A stretch of DNA of 63,389 nucleotides, counting the filler, from Octopus bimaculoides (Eukaryota): the NCBI RefSeq assembly GCF_001194135.2. It is 6 parts of 6 records of this genome, joined end to end, with 100 filler letters (N's around TTAATTAATTAA, not from the genome) between each part and the next. Parts side by side here need not be neighbours in the genome. Positions count along the whole stretch, not along the records: positions 61,289 to 63,389 come from NC_068994.1; 5 more parts are not named here. One strand, 5' to 3'. The notes beneath the pieces are model-generated. The model saw only the letters and a program-made list of their open reading frames with translations, searched no databases and was not told the DNA's origin. Positions 61,570 to 63,389 of this stretch are shown piece after piece (positions within the stretch are counted from its first letter, which is position 1; each line of letters starts with the position of its first letter). Position numbers and translations under genes: made by a program.

Positions 61570-63389
61570 CACCTTTTAAAACAGACATGATGGTTGCAAG
61601 CTGGGGATGATTCTTTTGATCACGGGTCTGCTTGATCAACCCCAGTGCTTGACAGGTACTTATTGACCTCAAGAGGATGAAAAGCAAAGTCAACCATGGT
61701 GGGATTTGAACTCAGAATGTGAAGATGGATGAAACGCTGTTAAGCATACTGCCTGGTGTGCTTAAAATTCTGCCAGCTCACCCTCTTAATAATAATGCCT
61801 TTTGGCACAAGGCCAGCAATTTCAGGAAAAGAATAGGTTGATTGGATTAACCCCAGTGCTCAATTGGTACTTATTTTATCATTCCCCAGAAAGATGAAAG
61901 GCAAAGTTGACAGCAGCAGAATTTGAACTCAGAATGTAAAGACAGATGAAATACTACTAAGCAACTTGCCTGGCGTGCTAACGATTCTGCCAGCTCACCG
62001 CCTTAATGATAATAATAATAATAATGATAATAATAATAATAATAATAATAATAATCCTTTCTACTGAAAGCATAAGGCCTTGGAATTTAGTGGGATGGGA
62101 CTAGTTGATTACATCGCCCCCAGTGTTTGACCGGTTCTCAATTTATTGACCCCGAAAGGATAAAAGGCAAAGTTGACCTCGGTGTAATTTGAACTAAGAA
62201 CGTAGCAATGGGTGAAATATCGCTAAGCATTTTGGTCGGTGTGCTAATGATTCTGCCAGCTCACCGCCTTAATAATAACAACAACAATAATCTTTAAATA
62301 AGGATTTCTAAACACGAGACGTTGCCTTAAATTTGGAGGCTCGGGACAATCAATATCAACCTCAGTATATTGCTGGTATATTTTTCATCCACCCCACCTG
62401 CTGCCCCAGAAAGGATGAAAGGCAAAGTCAACAACTATAGAATGAAAATATCAATAATGGTTTCTGATTCCGGCACAAGGCTAGCAAATTTAAAGGGAGC
62501 GGTAGTAAAGCAACCAACAACCTGGTTGTTGACTGGTCCATTACTTTGGCAACATCCCTCCAAAAAGAAAAAAAAAACATGAAAGGCAAAGCTGACCTTG
62601 GCGGGAATAATAATAATAATAATAATAATGATAATCCTTTCTACTTTAGGCACAAGGCCTGGATTTTGCGAGGAGGGGGAACAGTCAATTACATCGACCC
62701 TGAAAGGATGAAAGGCAAAGTCAACCATGGCGGAATTTGAACTCAGAACATAGCGATGGGTAAAATACCACTCAGCATTTTGTCCAGCATGCTAACGATT
62801 CCACTAGCTTGCCACCTTAATAATAATAATAATCCTTTCTACTATAGGCACAAGGCCTGAAATTTTTTGGTGGGGAGCGGGGCTAATTTATCATAGTGAC
62901 CCCCAAAAGGATGAAAGGTGAAATCGACTTCGGCAGATGAAATGCTGCTCAGCATTGTTGTCTGGTGTGCTAAAGATTCAACCTGCTAATTTAGATACAA
63001 GGCCAAGGGAAGTGGTTAGTTGATCACATCGGTCCCAGTATTTGACTGGTACTTGTATTTTTTTTTTTTTTATCGACCAAGGAGAGATGAAAGGCAAAGT
63101 CGACCCTGGTGGGATTTGAACCCAGAAAGTAAAAAGAAAAAATCAGAAGAAATACCACAAAGCATTGATCAGACACTCCTAACTAAGAATTCTGCCGAAC
63201 CACTGCCCTACTAATAACGACCCTTTCTACCAAAGGTACAAAGCCTGAAATTTTTGAGGAGGGGACAAATTGACTATATCAACCTGTGTTTCACTGGTAC
63301 TTAATTTATCAATCCCTGAAAAGATGAACGGTAAAGTCGACCTCAGTGGAATTTGAACTCAGATCATGCACACAAGCATTTTGCCTGGT
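61570..63389 (-). repeat. Head-to-tail array of about 9 SINE B (tail type 2) copies, running off the window
   Basis: Repeated units CCTTTCTAC..GGCACAAGGCC..GAAAGGATGAAAGGCAAAGT..GAATTTGAACTCAGAA..TTCTGCCAGCTCACCGCCTT, mostly separated by (AAT)n. Approximate units: 61570-61787, 61788-62004, 62005-62270, 62271-62440, 62441-62607, 62608-62818, 62819-62990, 62991-63209, 63210-end. Confidence 0.9.

Noticed and set aside
61570-63389. Repeat-spacer-like periodicity suggesting a CRISPR-like array
   Set aside because: The units are whole SINEs of about 200 bp with no unique spacers, in a eukaryotic context.

Overview
This is repeat-dense, AT-rich animal DNA from a gapped short-read draft assembly. 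Roughly 8 kb is N, and five gaps contain an artificial TTAATTAATTAA spacer. The SINE families and extreme microsatellite density point to an octopus genome (inference from family recognition, not a database hit). I found no convincing host protein-coding exon, rRNA, true tRNA gene or CRISPR array, and most ORF-track entries are microsatellite or N artefacts. The window is a transposon graveyard: two full-length Tc1/mariner elements with TIRs, four partial Tc1/mariner copies, three CR1-type LINEs, a Tx1/L1-type RT fragment, four R4/Dong-clade fragments, three Penelope-like (PLE) GIY-YIG fragments, a palindromic MITE and more than 30 SINE copies or fragments in about five families (A-E, my labels). 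Four things deserve follow-up. (1) A head-to-tail chain of about 9 diverged SINEs at the right end. (2) Recurrent hammerhead-ribozyme-like motifs (GAAAC-AGCT-GTH or GAAAC-GTA), two downstream of PLE endonuclease fragments and one beside an unexplained CpG-rich island. (3) R4-clade elements ending in different microsatellites but sharing a 3' terminal motif. (4) A LINE and a SINE family that visibly share a 3' tail. These fit known element classes, and I cannot show from sequence alone that any is an undescribed system.
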